DNA from: Antedon mediterranea | Taxonomy: Eukaryota; Animalia; Echinodermata | NCBI RefSeq assembly: GCF_964355755.1 | Contig: NC_092674.1 | Location: 30,318,001 to 30,382,000 of the forward strand | Length of the DNA: 64,000 nucleotides | Direction of reading: 5' to 3' | Part shown: positions 60,317 to 64,000 of the stretch, one piece after another | Layout of the letters: each line of letters opens with the position of its first letter | How positions within the stretch are numbered: the stretch's first letter is position 1 | Notes under the pieces: generated by a model | What the model was told of the DNA's origin: nothing | Seen by the model: the letters and a program-made list of their open reading frames with translations, nothing else | The model's database searches: none | Program-made: the position numbers and the translations under genes

Positions 60317-60942
60317 ATGGATTTTGGTGATACTAAAATTGATTGGTTTTTAAAAGATTACATCAAAAAGCCAATGTCTGAACAAGAAGCATCAAAGTTA
60401 CAAAGTAAGTATTAGCAGTGTAAACGGTTTGTTTTTATTTTATGCAACTCCTGTTTATTCAATTTTCTACCCAGACGTGTGAAACTTGACTAAAAGCCCA
60501 ACCTTGTTAAGTCAAACTGCTTACTTTGACTACTTCTTTTATGAATCAAATTTGAAGTGATAGATCGAACTAGCACGTTTGAAGTTGAAGTTCGGTCTAT
60601 GACTAAAGTTCAATTTAAGAATACAGGCGCAAAACCTCATTATATTTCATTCGTATTCATAGAACTTTTTTTCTCTTTCTGTTTATAGAAATATTCTTTA
60701 AAAACCCTAATATTAATGATTTTTATTCAAAAATTGGCATTACAAAAAATAATCTAAAATTGTTTGTGGAAAATAAAATCAAATTATATAAAGAAGGACA
60801 AAAATTTATTTTGTCAAATAAAATTATTATAATAACTGTAATAATAATAATAATCATCATTATTATTGTGAATGATGTTATTATTATTTTTATCATTTTT
60901 ATTATTATAATAATTGTTATTATAATAAAATTTAAGAATTGA
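60317..60942 (+). CDS. Nested orphan gene copy 5, predicted 113 aa, near-identical to copy 3
   Basis: Exons 60312-60404 (ATG 60317) and 60689-60942. It differs from copy 3 by a net in-frame 18-nt shortening of the Ile tract. Confidence 0.6.
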
Positions 60943-63900
60943 AAAAAAAATAGGAAAAAAAAAATATTATAATACTTATTTTATATAAAATTAAAACAAT
61001 TGAAAAAACCTATTCATTATTCATTTTATCATTACTATTACGTTATAGATACAAAATTTAAAAAATGTAATGCTAATTTTGGGGTAAAAAATCAAATACA
61101 ACATAAGATGCTCATCAAGACACTGACCAAAAAGGCTGAGACCATACTGATGAGGGGATAGTAGGATTTCTATGACCAGATAGACCAACTTATTGCCAAA
61201 ACAAGCCTTCAAGCAAACTGTTTCAAGCCATCAAGCCTTGCGCTAACCATCCTCCAATGACCTGTGAAAGAAAAACGAAAACAAGGCTGTCCCAGAATGA
61301 CTTGGAGGGATAACATCAACACCTGGACAAACATGTCACTCTACCAGCTTCTGTCAGAAATCTTCGTCATTCATTTATATCTTCGCCTCGACTATTCCAA
61401 CTAAGAACATGTAGACATACGTTTGCTGATCAGTCATTCTCTTGCACAGCTCCATCCTTATGGAATACAAGAATCGCATCGACACAATGTAGTTGATATG
61501 GGGTTAAAAAGGCATTCGCCTAAACTTTCCCATTATAACTAAACTAAACCTACATTGAAAGCAAATGAATCCAGCCAGACAACCAACGATAAGATAGGAT
61601 AAGAAATTTCAAGAGAAATAAGAAATTCCTAAAGAAAACAAACAATATATTCAGACAAATAACACCAGAACATGGAATAATATATGTGGTCAGATCTTGT
61701 TTCATTACATTGGCTGCTGGTTAAACAACGCATAGAATTCAAGATCCTCACGCCTACCTACAAAGCCATCCATAAACAATCACCGCAATATTTTTCATTG
61801 CTCGTCTCCTTCCAGAACACTCACAGAAATCTTTGTCTATATCTTTCTTAGCCTCGACTATTCCAACCAAGAACATACGTTTGCTGATCAGTCATTCTCT
61901 TGCACAGCTCCATCCACAATCAATCAAGAACGCCAAAGCATTACCTACATTGCAAGCAAATGAATCCAGCCAGACAACCAACGATAAGAAAGCGGAAATG
62001 TTATCAGGAGAAATATAAAGTTCCTAAGGAAAACAAACGAAATATTCAGACAAAAAACACCAGAAATTGACTTTGATGAGCCAGAAGAACAACAATGCAT
62101 CATAGACACAATGGAAACAGAGCTAACGAAACTGCAAGGACAAGATCAGGAAGAGCAGTAAACAAGCCACAATATTTAAAAGACTATGTCACATATGTGG
62201 TATAACCCATGACATTGAACTAAAGACTATGATTGAGATTTATCACATAATGTACAGTGCATGAAACCAGTAAGGTTGCAATCAGAAAGACATTTAAACA
62301 ACTAATTTCATTCTCTTTTCTTACAAACAAGTTTACTTATTCAGCTATCACTATCAGGCATTTAAGCAAAATACAATTATCAGATGTACGAGACACTTCA
62401 TTAACACTACTGTTCATAATCCACAGGCTTAACGTTTTATGTTACAATATTTTGTTGGGGTAGGGATAATGTCAACAGCCCAGTAATTAAAACACTAACC
62501 AATTTAATCTTGGTATCATTGTGTAGCATTATTTTATGTTTTGAAATCATATACAATAAATTCGGACAATTATTAAAGGTCAAAAGACATTGAACTTTTG
62601 CACAAATGCACATTTTATCTCATAATATAGATACATTTCAATGTCACATCTCCAAATTTTGATATAAATTGATTTAAATAATAAATAAATAAATATATGA
62701 TTTAAATTATGTTTTACTTATGTACCTACTAACATATGTAATAATAAAATGAAAATGAAAACAATTTACATCATGTACCATTACCACTTTTGTTTATTTA
62801 TAAAATGTTAAATGTTATATTTCACCTAAGCAGGTAATACCTATATAATATTGCTGTTTTATTTGAACATAACTTAAGAAGCTCAGAAATATATCACAGA
62901 GCCTTTTTGTTCAGTGTATTGATGAGCATCTTATGTTCATATAAAGTTTGCGATACACCATGTATTATTAGTTCTGAAAAGAACTGTTTTTCTACATTTC
63001 GATCAATATACTATGATCGAATGCAGAACGTCCAGGAAACTGGGAATATACATTGGTGAAATTGGGTGGGAGTATAAGCTTGAAAATGATGAGTCTGTCT
63101 GGTAACAAATGCAATTCACAAAGAAGGTGTGATGTTTAACTACTTTTTCTATTTGAATTGCAAATAGTGCGTTTAATAAATACTCAGAATAAATACTCAG
63201 TGTAAAACACTGTAACAACGCTATAATGGAAATTAAGCCAACAGTAAAGCTACCACTGGCTGGCATTATGCCAACACAACACAGTCAGATTCATTGATGA
63301 CTGGAGTGGAAAATTCCTTTTTAGCTAATAAACATTATTTAGCATGATATCAAATCAAATGCTGATTGGTTGATTCTATGTTATAAATTAATTACGAGGT
63401 AATAATCATGTGTTCCTTCAGTGTGCTCCACTAGATCATTTTAGAGTGACAGATTACAGCTGATCATTCACACCAAAACTCTGCTGAGATCTCCGGAGAC
63501 ACCCAGAGTTTGTGACCATTCAAAACGTCGAGAAACTCCAGAGATACCCCATTAACACCATCCTAGCAACACCAGTGTTTTTAAAAATAAAATTGTAAAT
63601 ACCACCCTCTATTTTTTTAATTTACATAGTGACGATCATTAGAGTCATTTTAATTGATAATATTTTTAATTTAATAATTATTTTCAAAAGTCTCAGAAGT
63701 TATATGTTTTATTTAAATACTATTTATTATTTTTTAGACCGCTATAGTATATATTTTTTACAAATTAAAGTATTTTGAAATAAAACTAAAGAAATGATTG
63801 ATCGTGTGAGGATGACCTTTTGACCTAAAAACTCTGGAGTTTGATGTTGGTACCTTTCACATCAAAACACCGGTGTATCTCCGCAGTTCGCCTTCCGGAG

Positions 63901-64000
63901 AACATTCAGCTGTTCAAACCCGCTGTTTTTAATTCTGGAGTTTTTTATTTTACCTTTAACACCAAAACATCGGGGCGTCAACTCCGGAGTGTCTCCAGAT

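Larger units (their letters stand above)
31450..63170 (+). repeat. Tandem segmental duplication, five ~6-7-kb cassettes plus the start of a sixth, inside the putative WDR19 intron
   Basis: Shared blocks recur at ~31730, 37540, 44175, 52945 and 58790 (e.g. GTTACACAAAAACCTAATGAATTCATGCAG), each followed by a SINE and a promoter/exon 1. ~44900-48020 is near-identical to ~59500-62700, and 36940-37240 recurs at ~62890-63170. Confidence 0.92.

Noticed and set aside
63400-64000. Region with repeated CTCCGGAG/AAACTCCAGAG motifs
   Set aside because: Probably a transposon end, but it is cut by the window edge and no termini or TSD could be defined.

Overview
AT-rich, intron-rich animal genomic DNA. 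It looks like an invertebrate deuterostome, possibly an echinoderm, but that is inference only. Protein genes reconstructed by hand from GT-AG sites: (1) FCHSD2/nervous-wreck, first 4 coding exons, minus strand, 9780-16901; (2) a head-to-head ~203-aa gene with a MYND zinc finger, a ubiquitin-like region and a NAC-alpha/HYPK-type UBA domain, 20532-21375; (3) the 3' 18 exons of WDR19/IFT144, minus strand, 22996-31277. No further WDR19 exon was found right of 31277, so that region appears to be a >32-kb intron. It holds a tandem array of ~6-7-kb cassettes, each carrying a spliced plus-strand gene the ORF track misses. Each has a non-coding first exon, open phase-1 coding exons that diverge much more than their introns, and a terminal exon encoding an extremely Ile-rich tail. 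Five copies are present: four look intact, one is disrupted. This unrecognised nested family is the main candidate for an undescribed system. The window also contains a 4-unit array of a Helentron/HINE-like element with a doubled terminal hairpin, a 1.2-kb foldback, minisatellites, SINEs and many MITEs.
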